DNA of 64,000 bases, from assembly GCA_003140895.1 (NCBI GenBank), contig PLLH01000012.1, positions 3,661 through 67,660 of the forward strand, read 5' to 3'. The translations under genes were made by a program, and so were the position numbers. The stretch is from Elusimicrobiota bacterium. GTDB lineage: Bacteria; Elusimicrobiota; Elusimicrobia; F11. A model generated the notes under the pieces. The model was not told the DNA's origin and did no database searches. It saw nothing but the letters and a program-made list of their open reading frames with translations. Numbering within the stretch: position 1 is the first letter of the stretch; each line of letters opens with the position of its first letter. This document shows positions 9,350-17,486 of the stretch, one piece after another.

Positions 9350-9847
9350 TTAATGTTGACCTTCTTCAGGCTGAGGAAATTTGCCCAAAATGCTGCGCCC
9401 AAACGGGTGTTGCGGATTAAGCCGCAGGAGGGATTCGGCCGCTTGACGCGCCTTTTGTTTTTCACCCAGAGAATGCCAGGACATCGCCAACAGTTCCCAC
9501 GCTTGCGCGTCTTGCGGATTTGACCGAACCAACACCTTGCAACGATTGATGACCCGCGTGTAATGCCGGACTTTAAAATCCCGCCGGGCTTGTTCCAGCA
9601 GGGAGGCCGCCATACTGGGTTTGATCTGCTGGATGTTAATGACTTGTTCAAGACCCGAGAAGAACGAAACGGCGCCCAACACCAATAAAAGAACCGCCAC
9701 GCGCTTCCCGGAAAACAAAACAAATTGATCGGAAAAAATGCGTTCGCGCATCCAGGCGTTGAATTTAAAAACAAGGCCGGATCGAAACACCACCACCCAC
9801 GCCAACAGCAGGGCGAAAAGTCCCAACAAGATTTTTAAAAAATGCAT
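9350..9847 (-). CDS. membrane-anchored TPR-repeat protein
   Basis: 165 aa. N-terminal TM helix, then TPR-like helical repeats. Sits at the head of the aro gene string. Confidence 0.5.
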   Translation of the reverse strand: MHFLKILLGLFALLLAWVVVFRSGLVFKFNAWMRERIFSDQFVLFSGKRVAVLLLVLGAVSFFSGLEQVINIQQIKPSMAASLLEQARRDFKVRHYTRVINRCKVLVRSNPQDAQAWELLAMSWHSLGEKQKARQAAESLLRLNPQHPFGRSILGKFPQPEEGQH

Positions 9848-10006
9848 GATTGAGACTGATCATAAGAAAGTTAGCGACGAGGTGGAAACTTAAAATCATA
9901 ATTTGTCCCTTATTTTTCAACTCGAATCCGCGCCCCGCGCGCCAGCCCATGAGTTTTCTTTGAATTGTCACCTCTTTGACACAGCCCTTTTCTACACTAG
10001 ACCATC

Positions 10007-11095
10007 ATGGAAAACTCAGGAAAACATATGGATTCGCCGGCTTTTTTAAGGTATGTAACCCGTGTGAAGAGATCCTCCCTTCTTTTTCCCTTGATCTTGT
10101 TCTTCGGCATGGCGACGTCCGGTCTTGGGTTCGCCCAGGCCTCGCCGGTTTCAGCTCTCGTGATTTCTGCCGACACTGTTCCGTTTTCCGATTTTGTTCG
10201 GTCCATCGAGGCGGAAGGAGGAAAAATCCAGAAACGGATTCCCCCGCGGATTCTCATCGCCTCTTGGTCCGACGGCACTCCGCCGGCCGTGAGCGCCATC
10301 ATCCGATCTATCACCACCACATCGGTCCCCATAAATGAATTAAAACAATTTGGACCGGCGGCGGTGGCCGCGGGGCTTGAGTGGAACCGGAACACTCTGA
10401 CCACCCAGCGCAAAGGGTTGGGCCTCATGAGCGCCCAAGCGGTTGAAAGAGTGAGTCCGGCCCCGGCGGGCCTTCGAACTGAGGTGAGAGGCGCCGTCCT
10501 TCACTGCGAATGGCAACCCGGCGAGGGAGCCCTTTTCTACGAGGTTCGGCTCGCCAACAATCCGTCCTCCGTCTGGGCGAAAACGGCGACGGAGCGAACC
10601 CAAGCCGACCTGCCGCTTCCGAGCTCCACCGGCCCTCAAACCCTGACTCTTTCTGTCCGGGCATCGGACTCAATCCGAACTCCGGAAACGCAAACCGAAC
10701 CCTTGAACAGCGCTTGGAGCGACATCGCCGTTTCGATTCCCCCTCTTTCCTTCGACACAAGCGATCAACCGGCGGTTTTGACCTCTCCCGCCGATGACGT
10801 CGAATCGGAAGGGCTTCTTGTGATTTTGGAATGGGCCAACGCTCAAAATACACCGGTTCGACTCCAAGTCGCGCTGTCGGAGTCGTTTGAATCTCCGTTG
10901 ATCGATGAAGTGGTCACTGGAGGAGAATTCACGTGTCCCGCTTCCGTCTTGACCGTGGGACAACGATACGTGTGGCGCGCCAAGCGATGGGAGTCGGGGA
11001 GCGTTGGACCCTGGTCGGGACTGAGACATTTCCGAACCGGTTCTCCCGGCAGCATCGCGAACGATATGAAAATGAACCCCGAGGCCCCCCGATGA
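10007..11095 (+). CDS. secreted hypothetical protein (signal peptide, beta-rich/Fn3-like)
   Basis: 362 aa. Hydrophobic signal region LLFPLILFFGMATSGLGFAQA, rich in Ser/Thr/Pro. Stop overlaps the ATG of the downstream protease (ATGA). Confidence 0.5.
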   Translation: MENSGKHMDSPAFLRYVTRVKRSSLLFPLILFFGMATSGLGFAQASPVSALVISADTVPFSDFVRSIEAEGGKIQKRIPPRILIASWSDGTPPAVSAIIRSITTTSVPINELKQFGPAAVAAGLEWNRNTLTTQRKGLGLMSAQAVERVSPAPAGLRTEVRGAVLHCEWQPGEGALFYEVRLANNPSSVWAKTATERTQADLPLPSSTGPQTLTLSVRASDSIRTPETQTEPLNSAWSDIAVSIPPLSFDTSDQPAVLTSPADDVESEGLLVILEWANAQNTPVRLQVALSESFESPLIDEVVTGGEFTCPASVLTVGQRYVWRAKRWESGSVGPWSGLRHFRTGSPGSIANDMKMNPEAPR

Positions 11096-12564
11096 GGCGG
11101 GCGCTCGTGTTCCCGCTTCTACTCCTGGCCGCTGCCCCGCTGCGAGCCTCGCTCTTTTCCGTCGGACTGGACACCAACGCGTTTACCAGCGATTACATGA
11201 TCGGCAACGTCGTTGTCGCCATCGTTTTCCCTGAATCAGACGGTTCTCTGGATCAAAAATCAGAGACGTGGTCGGAAGAACGGAAGTCCAAGGCCATCGG
11301 TGAAATCATGGCCGGACATGACTGGTGGACGAAGCAAAACAAAAAAAGCGCTCTGAGTTTTACGTATGTCACGGAAACCGTCAGCACCAAATACGAACCC
11401 ATCACGCGTCCGTACTATCAAGAAACGCTCTGGATTCCGGATGTCATGGGGAAATTGGGCTATTCTGGGAGCCGTTTTACCTCCACGAAAAATTACATCA
11501 ACCATTTGCGCCAGCAGTACAACGCCGATTGGGGATTCGTCATTTTTGTCATCGACAGCCAGAACGATCCCAATGGAAAATTCTCGGACGGCTATTTCGC
11601 CTACTCTTATCTGGGCGGACCATTCATGGTGATGACCTACACCAACGGCGGCTATGGAATTTCGAATATGGACGTGGTCGCCGCCCATGAAATGGGCCAT
11701 ATTTTCAACGCGCTGGACGAATACGCCGGCGCCAGCTCTCCCTATGACTATTCGGCCGGTTATTTCTCCGTGATCAATGGAAATCATGCCTGGTCGAGCA
11801 TCGCCAACGATCCCAACTCCGTCATGCGGGGCGGAATCCGGTGGGGCCTGGACAAATGGGCGAGAGAAATGATCGGCTGGCGCGATTCCGACGGAAACGG
11901 ACTCGACGATATTCTTGACACAACCCCGATCGTGCAAGTCAACCAACAAATCGTCTCGCTGGCTCAAGGGCGCTCCCGCCTCTCCGGCATCGCGCGCGTG
12001 AGCGTTCTCCCCCGTCAAAACAACGCCGACGGCAACGGCATCACATTGAACACCATCGCCAAAGTCCAATTCCGGATCGCCAACGGAGAATGGGCGGAGG
12101 CCACCCCCTCCGACGGAAAGTTCGATTCGCCGGAAGAGAATTTCATGATCGAAGTGGCTTCCAACGTCATGAGCGCCCAATCCTTCAGCGCCGCCAGCGT
12201 GGAAGTGCGAGCCATCACCGATTACACGCTCGCCTCGGGTGCCAACTCCGGCGGAACGCGCCCCACGGCCGTGACCATCTCGACACTGGAGAACGCGCAC
12301 GCGTTTCCGAATCCGTTCAAACCCAATTCGGGAGTGGGCCATTCAAATATTACTTTCACCAATTTAACCTCCGGGGCCAAAGTTCAGATTTTTTCTCCCG
12401 ACGGAACCGGTCTCTTTGAATCAGAACCCACCTCCAGCAGCTCCTCTCTCACGTGGGACGGCCTCGACAAGGACGGATCGACGGTCGCCAGCGGCGTTTA
12501 TTACTATCTCATCACCGATCCATCGGGACAAAAGAAAAAAGGAAAAATCGCCATCATTCGGTAA
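11092..12564 (+). CDS. secreted zinc metalloprotease (HExxH, possibly M6/InhA-like) with C-terminal T9SS type-A-like sorting domain (Por_Secre_tail / FlgD-Ig-like)
   Basis: Starts MRRALVFPLLLLAAAPLRA (signal peptide). Active-site VVAAHEMGHIFNALDEY. Last ~90 aa FPNPFKPN...KVQIFSPDGTG...LTWDGLDKDGSTVASGVYYYLI...KGKIAIIR match the T9SS CTD consensus (PNPF, WDG, SGVYYY, basic K-x-x-I-I-R end). Confidence 0.6.
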   Translation: MRRALVFPLLLLAAAPLRASLFSVGLDTNAFTSDYMIGNVVVAIVFPESDGSLDQKSETWSEERKSKAIGEIMAGHDWWTKQNKKSALSFTYVTETVSTKYEPITRPYYQETLWIPDVMGKLGYSGSRFTSTKNYINHLRQQYNADWGFVIFVIDSQNDPNGKFSDGYFAYSYLGGPFMVMTYTNGGYGISNMDVVAAHEMGHIFNALDEYAGASSPYDYSAGYFSVINGNHAWSSIANDPNSVMRGGIRWGLDKWAREMIGWRDSDGNGLDDILDTTPIVQVNQQIVSLAQGRSRLSGIARVSVLPRQNNADGNGITLNTIAKVQFRIANGEWAEATPSDGKFDSPEENFMIEVASNVMSAQSFSAASVEVRAITDYTLASGANSGGTRPTAVTISTLENAHAFPNPFKPNSGVGHSNITFTNLTSGAKVQIFSPDGTGLFESEPTSSSSSLTWDGLDKDGSTVASGVYYYLITDPSGQKKKGKIAIIR

Positions 12565-12586
12565 CCGCCAAAAACGCCATTTTGAC

Positions 12587-12608
12587 CTGATTTATCAATG
12601 TAAATCAG
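12587..12608 (+). terminator. perfect 8-bp inverted repeat CTGATTTA-tcaatg-TAAATCAG followed by a T-rich tract. Candidate weak intrinsic terminator or operator.
   Basis: Read directly in the sequence 23 nt after the protease stop. The stem is AT-rich with only 2 GC pairs, so terminator strength is doubtful. Confidence 0.25.
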
Positions 12609-12699
12609 TTATTTTGGCCGACATCCTCCCTCTCAAAGAATCTTAGTCCTTTCTTATATTTGTCACACATTTGTCACGGCTCGCACGTAGGCTTGGAAT

Positions 12700-13629
12700 A
12701 TGAAAACACCGACGAGCGGATGGACAAGAAAAGCGTGTTTGGCAGCGATGCTGCTGATGTCTTACGTCACGCTCTCCAACGCCTCCGCCACCTCCTCCGC
12801 GCAATTTCTGAAGATGGGAGCGGGCGCTCGCGCCGCCGGCATGGCGGATGCCTTCTCCGCCGTGGCGGATGATGTGACCGCCGGCTACTGGAATCCGGCG
12901 GGACTTCAGCAAATTTCGAGCCCTGAGATGTCCGTCATGCAAAACAATTCTCTGGTCGAGACACAATACCAGTACGCGGGAGCCGCGCTTCCCATGGGGC
13001 GCAGCGCCATTGGCCTGTCCCTCTTCAGCATGAACTATGGCTCCATCGACCGCTACAGCGCTTCCGACGCGAAAGACGGTTCTTTCTCGGCGGGCTCCAT
13101 GGCGGGAAGCCTCACGTTGAGCAGCCAACTCCGAGAGGGACTCAATTTCGGCATTTCCACGAAATACATCCAGGAAAAAATCGAAAATGAAAGCGCCACG
13201 GGATTCGCCGCTGACATCGGTTTGTTGATGAAAACCGGCGCCGCCCGATGGTCCGCCACAGTTCAACATCTGGGCCCGCAGATGAAATTCATTCAAGAAA
13301 AAAGTTCTCTCCCGCTGACGTTTCGGCTTGGATCCTCCGCCACCGTGATGAACAAATCCCTCACCGTCGCGCTTGATGCGATCAAACCGAACGACTCAGC
13401 TCTCTCCATCGCGGGCGGAGTCGAGTACAAACCGGTTTCAATGATCACCTTCCGTGGCGGATATAAATTGCAGACCAGTAACTCTGTCAAAGCAGATAAT
13501 TCAACCGGTTTAACGGCCGGCCTTGGGGTCAACGTGGGGGCATTTATTCTTGATTATGCGTTTGTCCCCTTTGGTGATCTTGGCAACACTCATCGATTTT
13601 CCCTCCTCGTCAAATTCCACCAAAAGTAA
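12700..13629 (+). CDS. FadL-like outer-membrane beta-barrel of the PorV/PorQ/UPF0164 type (paralog 1)
   Basis: 309 aa. Signal peptide, then the family-typical N-terminal motif GAGARAAGMADAFSAVADDVTAGYWNPAGL. Alternating amphipathic beta-strands. C-terminal aromatic residue. Confidence 0.55.
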   Translation: MKTPTSGWTRKACLAAMLLMSYVTLSNASATSSAQFLKMGAGARAAGMADAFSAVADDVTAGYWNPAGLQQISSPEMSVMQNNSLVETQYQYAGAALPMGRSAIGLSLFSMNYGSIDRYSASDAKDGSFSAGSMAGSLTLSSQLREGLNFGISTKYIQEKIENESATGFAADIGLLMKTGAARWSATVQHLGPQMKFIQEKSSLPLTFRLGSSATVMNKSLTVALDAIKPNDSALSIAGGVEYKPVSMITFRGGYKLQTSNSVKADNSTGLTAGLGVNVGAFILDYAFVPFGDLGNTHRFSLLVKFHQK

Positions 13630-13757
13630 ATCTAAAGCTACAGTTAACAGCTTAATTAATCCAATCTTATAATTCGCCTCTATAAATCAATCAATTATAC
13701 CCATGAATTATTTGTGACAGCCTTGAATTTCTGCACATCCCCTGCCAAACTTAAAAT

Positions 13758-15323
13758 ATGAAGTTAACTGTTGAGTTCAAATTTCTAAGCCTTCTGACCA
13801 GCGCATTCCTGGCGCTATCAACTTCTATGGCTTCATTCGAACCCCTTCCCGTTGGCGGCCGAGCGGCCGGAATGGGCGAGGCCTACTCAGCGGTGGCCGA
13901 TGATGTCTTTTCTCTTTACTACAACCCCGCCGGCGTTCTGCAAATGAGCCGGCCGGAGTTTGGAACGTACTATTCCAGACTGTTTGTGGGGCTCACCGAC
14001 AACTCACAGATCAGCCGCACCTTTGTCGGTTATGCTCAACCGCTTGGAAGAGCCGGCCGGCTGGGAGGCATTGGAGCCAGTTACTTGGCGCTGGATCTAC
14101 CGGGGCTTTACAAAGAAGAAGCCATTGGGTTGACGTATGGAAGAGAGTTCGCCCATCTCTGGAACATCGGCGGCTCCCTGAAACTCCTTCGGAAAGCCAT
14201 CGGCTCCGACGAATACACAACGAACGCCATCAACCCCAATACCGGCATGGCCACGGGATCGGCGGATCCACTTCTCGCCGCCGGACGGTCTCAATCGGCG
14301 ATGGGCCTCGACTTGGGAGTTCAATATCGCTTTACGAGAGCGTACGCGCTGGGCGTTGCCGTCCGCAACATCAACGCCCCCAATATGGCGCTGGGAGACG
14401 GCACGGACAAAGCCCCCGCCGTGTGGACCGCTTCCATGGCGCGTAAACTTCGCGCCGGTTCCCTGGACCTGGAAATCATGAATTGGAAATCGACGGAAAA
14501 CAACATGCGCTTCTCTCTCGGCGGAGAAACCTGGTTTAAAAATGGCTTCGGCTTAAGAGCCGGCGGAAGCCTGGGGTCCCGGAATTACTCGACGGCGTCG
14601 TTCGGCGGCTCCTTCAAGTCGGAATCCTTCCAGTTTGATTACGCCATGATTTATCCCCTCCAGGGCGTTCAAGGGACGATCGGCATGCAGCAAGTCTCTG
14701 TGACGATTCGCTTGGGCAAACCCCCGGTCGACCCCCTGGAGAAACAACTCATTCAAGAAAAAGAAGAACGGATCCGTGCCGAGACCGAAGCCCGCTACGC
14801 CAAAGCGGAAAGCGACCGCTTGAAGAAACAGCTTTTCGCGCTCACGCAAGAAAAAACAACCGCTCAAAAAGATCGCGAGGAACGCGCCGCCCAGCAAACG
14901 CTTGAGGAAGCCCAAACCCAGCGAACGCGCCGCTCACGAACCACGAACGAAACGCAGACCGCCGCCGAAACCCGAAACCGTCTCTTCGCGGACTACACGA
15001 CGGCTCTGGCCGAATACAACACCAACGTTCGGCAAGGCGTCGGTCTTAAAGAGAAAAGGAAAATGCTCGAGAAGATTTTGGCCAAATTTAAAGACACCGG
15101 CGTGGACACCGCCACCCTCTCACGCGAGATGAAGAGCATCGACGCCGAAGAAACGCGCTCCGTGAAAGATTTCGAGCTCTCCATGAGCTTCTACCAGAAA
15201 CTGGTCCAACAAGGGGCGAGCGTCGAAGACCGAAGCAACATGCTGAAACGAATCATTCAGAAATACAAATGGACCGGCATTGACATCAATTCGGCTGAAA
15301 AAGAGATGAACAACTTAAAGTAA
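13758..15323 (+). CDS. FadL/PorV-like outer-membrane beta-barrel (paralog 2) with ~170-aa C-terminal coiled-coil extension
   Basis: 521 aa. Same N-terminal motif VGGRAAGMGEAYSAVADDVFSLYYNPAGV. C-terminal third is charged and coiled-coil-like (EKEERIRAETEARYAKAESDRLKKQL...). Confidence 0.55.
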   Translation: MKLTVEFKFLSLLTSAFLALSTSMASFEPLPVGGRAAGMGEAYSAVADDVFSLYYNPAGVLQMSRPEFGTYYSRLFVGLTDNSQISRTFVGYAQPLGRAGRLGGIGASYLALDLPGLYKEEAIGLTYGREFAHLWNIGGSLKLLRKAIGSDEYTTNAINPNTGMATGSADPLLAAGRSQSAMGLDLGVQYRFTRAYALGVAVRNINAPNMALGDGTDKAPAVWTASMARKLRAGSLDLEIMNWKSTENNMRFSLGGETWFKNGFGLRAGGSLGSRNYSTASFGGSFKSESFQFDYAMIYPLQGVQGTIGMQQVSVTIRLGKPPVDPLEKQLIQEKEERIRAETEARYAKAESDRLKKQLFALTQEKTTAQKDREERAAQQTLEEAQTQRTRRSRTTNETQTAAETRNRLFADYTTALAEYNTNVRQGVGLKEKRKMLEKILAKFKDTGVDTATLSREMKSIDAEETRSVKDFELSMSFYQKLVQQGASVEDRSNMLKRIIQKYKWTGIDINSAEKEMNNLK

Positions 15324-15338
15324 CCAAATTTAACTAGA

Positions 15339-15815
15339 ATGGCGATTCAATTGAGGCTCGTAATGAAGCAAAGTCAAAACGCATCCATCGGAATCCGGCG
15401 GGGACCCGCCCGACTAAGGAAAATCGCTTCCTGGCTTGTTTTTTCCGGCGTGATTTTTCTTGTGGCGGGGCTCTTGAACGCGGCCCTTCGCCTCCCCCTC
15501 TGGGCCGCTCCTCAATCCTTCGGAGAGATCAACCTCACTGAAGTGGCTCCGCGAATTATCACGCCCAACGGCGACCTCCAAAACGACGTCGCTTACTTTC
15601 GATTTGACGGGAGCCTGGCCGGACTTCCCATCGACACGTCCGTTCTCGATGTGAACGGCGCTAAGATTGCCAGCCTCAAACTCGACAGCTCGGAGACCAA
15701 CCTGCTTTGGGACGGAAAAGATGAAAGCGGGCGGGCCCTCCCCTCGGGCATCTACATCTACCAAATCTCCATTGGGAACCACCGCGCCACCGGCACTCTC
15801 GCCATCGCTCGATAG
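15339..15815 (+). CDS. small membrane-anchored protein with FlgD-Ig/T9SS-CTD-like C-terminal domain
   Basis: 158 aa. N-terminal TM helix. C-terminal ITPNGDLQNDVAYFRF...LLWDGKDESGRALPSGIYIYQI...TGTLAIAR matches the (T/S)PNGDG.ND ... WDG ... SG.Y.Y pattern of FlgD Ig-like sorting domains. Confidence 0.45.
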   Translation: MAIQLRLVMKQSQNASIGIRRGPARLRKIASWLVFSGVIFLVAGLLNAALRLPLWAAPQSFGEINLTEVAPRIITPNGDLQNDVAYFRFDGSLAGLPIDTSVLDVNGAKIASLKLDSSETNLLWDGKDESGRALPSGIYIYQISIGNHRATGTLAIAR

Positions 15816-15847
15816 AATTCTTCCCCCTTTACACTTTCTCCCCGCAT

Positions 15848-17482
15848 ATGGCACCATACACGCGTCCGATGAAGAAATTCCGTTCCGCGCCCTTTGTCTT
15901 GGGCTTTATCTCCCTCACCGTTCTCTTTTCCCGGTTGCCGCGCCTCGCCTGGAGCGCTGAGCCGCCGGCCCCCCGGATCTCTCGCATCACCATCGACGGA
16001 TCCAGCATTTTCGATCTCAACAGGCAAATCACTCTTCGACATTTCCCCTACACGTGGATCAACGTCCTTCATATTCAAACCAAGGAACAGATTATCCGCC
16101 AGGAACTCCTGTTAAAAGAAGGGGACCCCGTGGACGAGTTTCTTATTCATGAAACAGAACGGAACCTGCGCGCGCTGTCTTTCATCCGGTCCGCCCAAAT
16201 CGAACAACTCCCGCAAACCGATGGAACGGTGGCGTTGATGGTCCATGTGGGCGACTCCTGGACCACCGAACCTCAAATCAATACGTCAGGGATCAATAAA
16301 ATCGACACGGTGGAGGTAGGCTTTAAAGAGAAAAATTTCCTCGGATATGGGAAATCGGTGGGCGTTTTCTATCAGAAGGGCGTCGACTCAATCCAACGGG
16401 AATACCGCTATTTTGATCCCCGTTTTTTAGGAAGTCGATGGCAACTCACGGGGAACTACATCTCGCGCACCGGAGGGCTGGAAAAATTCGCCGAAATCAA
16501 CCGGCCCTTCTTCTCCGCCGATACCCGGTTCTCCGCCCGCACCTCTTACAACCAAATTGTCCAGCCCGTGGACGTGTTCCAAAACAACGTCAAAGTCTCG
16601 CAATTTGAACAAACCAAAGACATCAACGAAAGCTACATCGGAACGAAGGTGGGCGGAGGGCGCTCGTGGGTGGCTCATGAAGGAATCCGCTACAAATATG
16701 AAAGCCAGCATTTCGCGGCCACGGACAAAACAAACGGCGCTATTCCGATCCCCGAAAAATTTAAAACTCTTTTCTCCGATCTGGATATCAGCCGAACCCG
16801 GTTTATCGTTCTCACGCGCGTTGAAAAGATGACGCGCGTTGAAGACATCAACCTGGGCCCGCAATTTTCTCTCTCCCCAGGTTACTCTCCGAAACAATTC
16901 ACGGGCACCCGCGACAGCAGCGAATTCGAATCCACGTATGGCCAAAGTTTTCTCATCAATCAAATGCATCTGGCAACGACCCGATTTGAGATGAAAGGCC
17001 GGAATATTTTCACCCAACCCGAAAATGAACGCTATCTGGCCTCGGCGCAATACTACGACCGGCGTTACCATTTTCAAACCATGACGGCCAAAACCCGGCT
17101 GGAATGGGGGCAGCACTTGGACTCCGACAACCAAATCACGCTCGGGGGCAACAACGGCCTTCGCGCCTTCGCCGTGAATGACTTCAGCGGGAACAAAAGT
17201 TTTCTCTTTAACGCGGAAGATCGTATTTTTATCGTCGATGAAGCCTTTGAGCTGTTCGCGATCGGCGCGGCGGTCTTTTATGACGCCGGCTCGGTGTGGT
17301 CGGAAGGACAAACCATGTGCCTCTCGGACATCCACAGCGATGTGGGAGCAGGGCTGCGACTGGGACTCACGCGTTCCTCCTCTGAAGTCATCGTCCGGCT
17401 GGATTTCTCTTATCGCCTCCAACGATCGCCGGCCAACAGTGACAAATTTATCATCACCTTCGGGACCAGCCAGGCGTTTTAA
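15848..17482 (+). CDS. Omp85-family outer-membrane protein (BamA/TamA/TpsB-like; POTRA plus 16-strand barrel)
   Basis: 544 aa. Signal peptide. POTRA-like ISRITIDGSSIFD...LLLKEGDPVDEF. C-terminal beta-barrel region ending in aromatic-rich strands (...IITFGTSQAF). Confidence 0.65.
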   Translation: MAPYTRPMKKFRSAPFVLGFISLTVLFSRLPRLAWSAEPPAPRISRITIDGSSIFDLNRQITLRHFPYTWINVLHIQTKEQIIRQELLLKEGDPVDEFLIHETERNLRALSFIRSAQIEQLPQTDGTVALMVHVGDSWTTEPQINTSGINKIDTVEVGFKEKNFLGYGKSVGVFYQKGVDSIQREYRYFDPRFLGSRWQLTGNYISRTGGLEKFAEINRPFFSADTRFSARTSYNQIVQPVDVFQNNVKVSQFEQTKDINESYIGTKVGGGRSWVAHEGIRYKYESQHFAATDKTNGAIPIPEKFKTLFSDLDISRTRFIVLTRVEKMTRVEDINLGPQFSLSPGYSPKQFTGTRDSSEFESTYGQSFLINQMHLATTRFEMKGRNIFTQPENERYLASAQYYDRRYHFQTMTAKTRLEWGQHLDSDNQITLGGNNGLRAFAVNDFSGNKSFLFNAEDRIFIVDEAFELFAIGAAVFYDAGSVWSEGQTMCLSDIHSDVGAGLRLGLTRSSSEVIVRLDFSYRLQRSPANSDKFIITFGTSQAF

Positions 17483-17486
17483 TTGC

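Noticed and set aside
8467-9774. 435-aa form of the shikimate dehydrogenase ORF
   Set aside because: The upstream 142 aa (MFLNSTPGCANAFF...) overlap the TPR gene in another frame and look non-proteinaceous. AroE homology begins at the internal Met at 9348.
9848-10006. Possible sigma70 promoter (TTGACA at ~9977) in the divergent region before the 10007 gene
   Set aside because: No acceptable -10 hexamer at 16-18-nt spacing (only TAGACC/TACACT with wrong spacing). Left unannotated.
11260-12342. 360-aa minus-strand ORF
   Set aside because: Antisense to the HExxH protease gene. Gly/Arg/His-rich low-complexity translation.
13630-13660. Hairpin AAGCT-acagttaac-AGCTT after the first PorV-like gene as a terminator
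   Set aside because: Only a 5-bp AT-rich stem with no U-tract. Too weak to call.
16427-17422. 331-aa minus-strand ORF
   Set aside because: Antisense to the Omp85 gene, whose sense frame has POTRA and barrel features.
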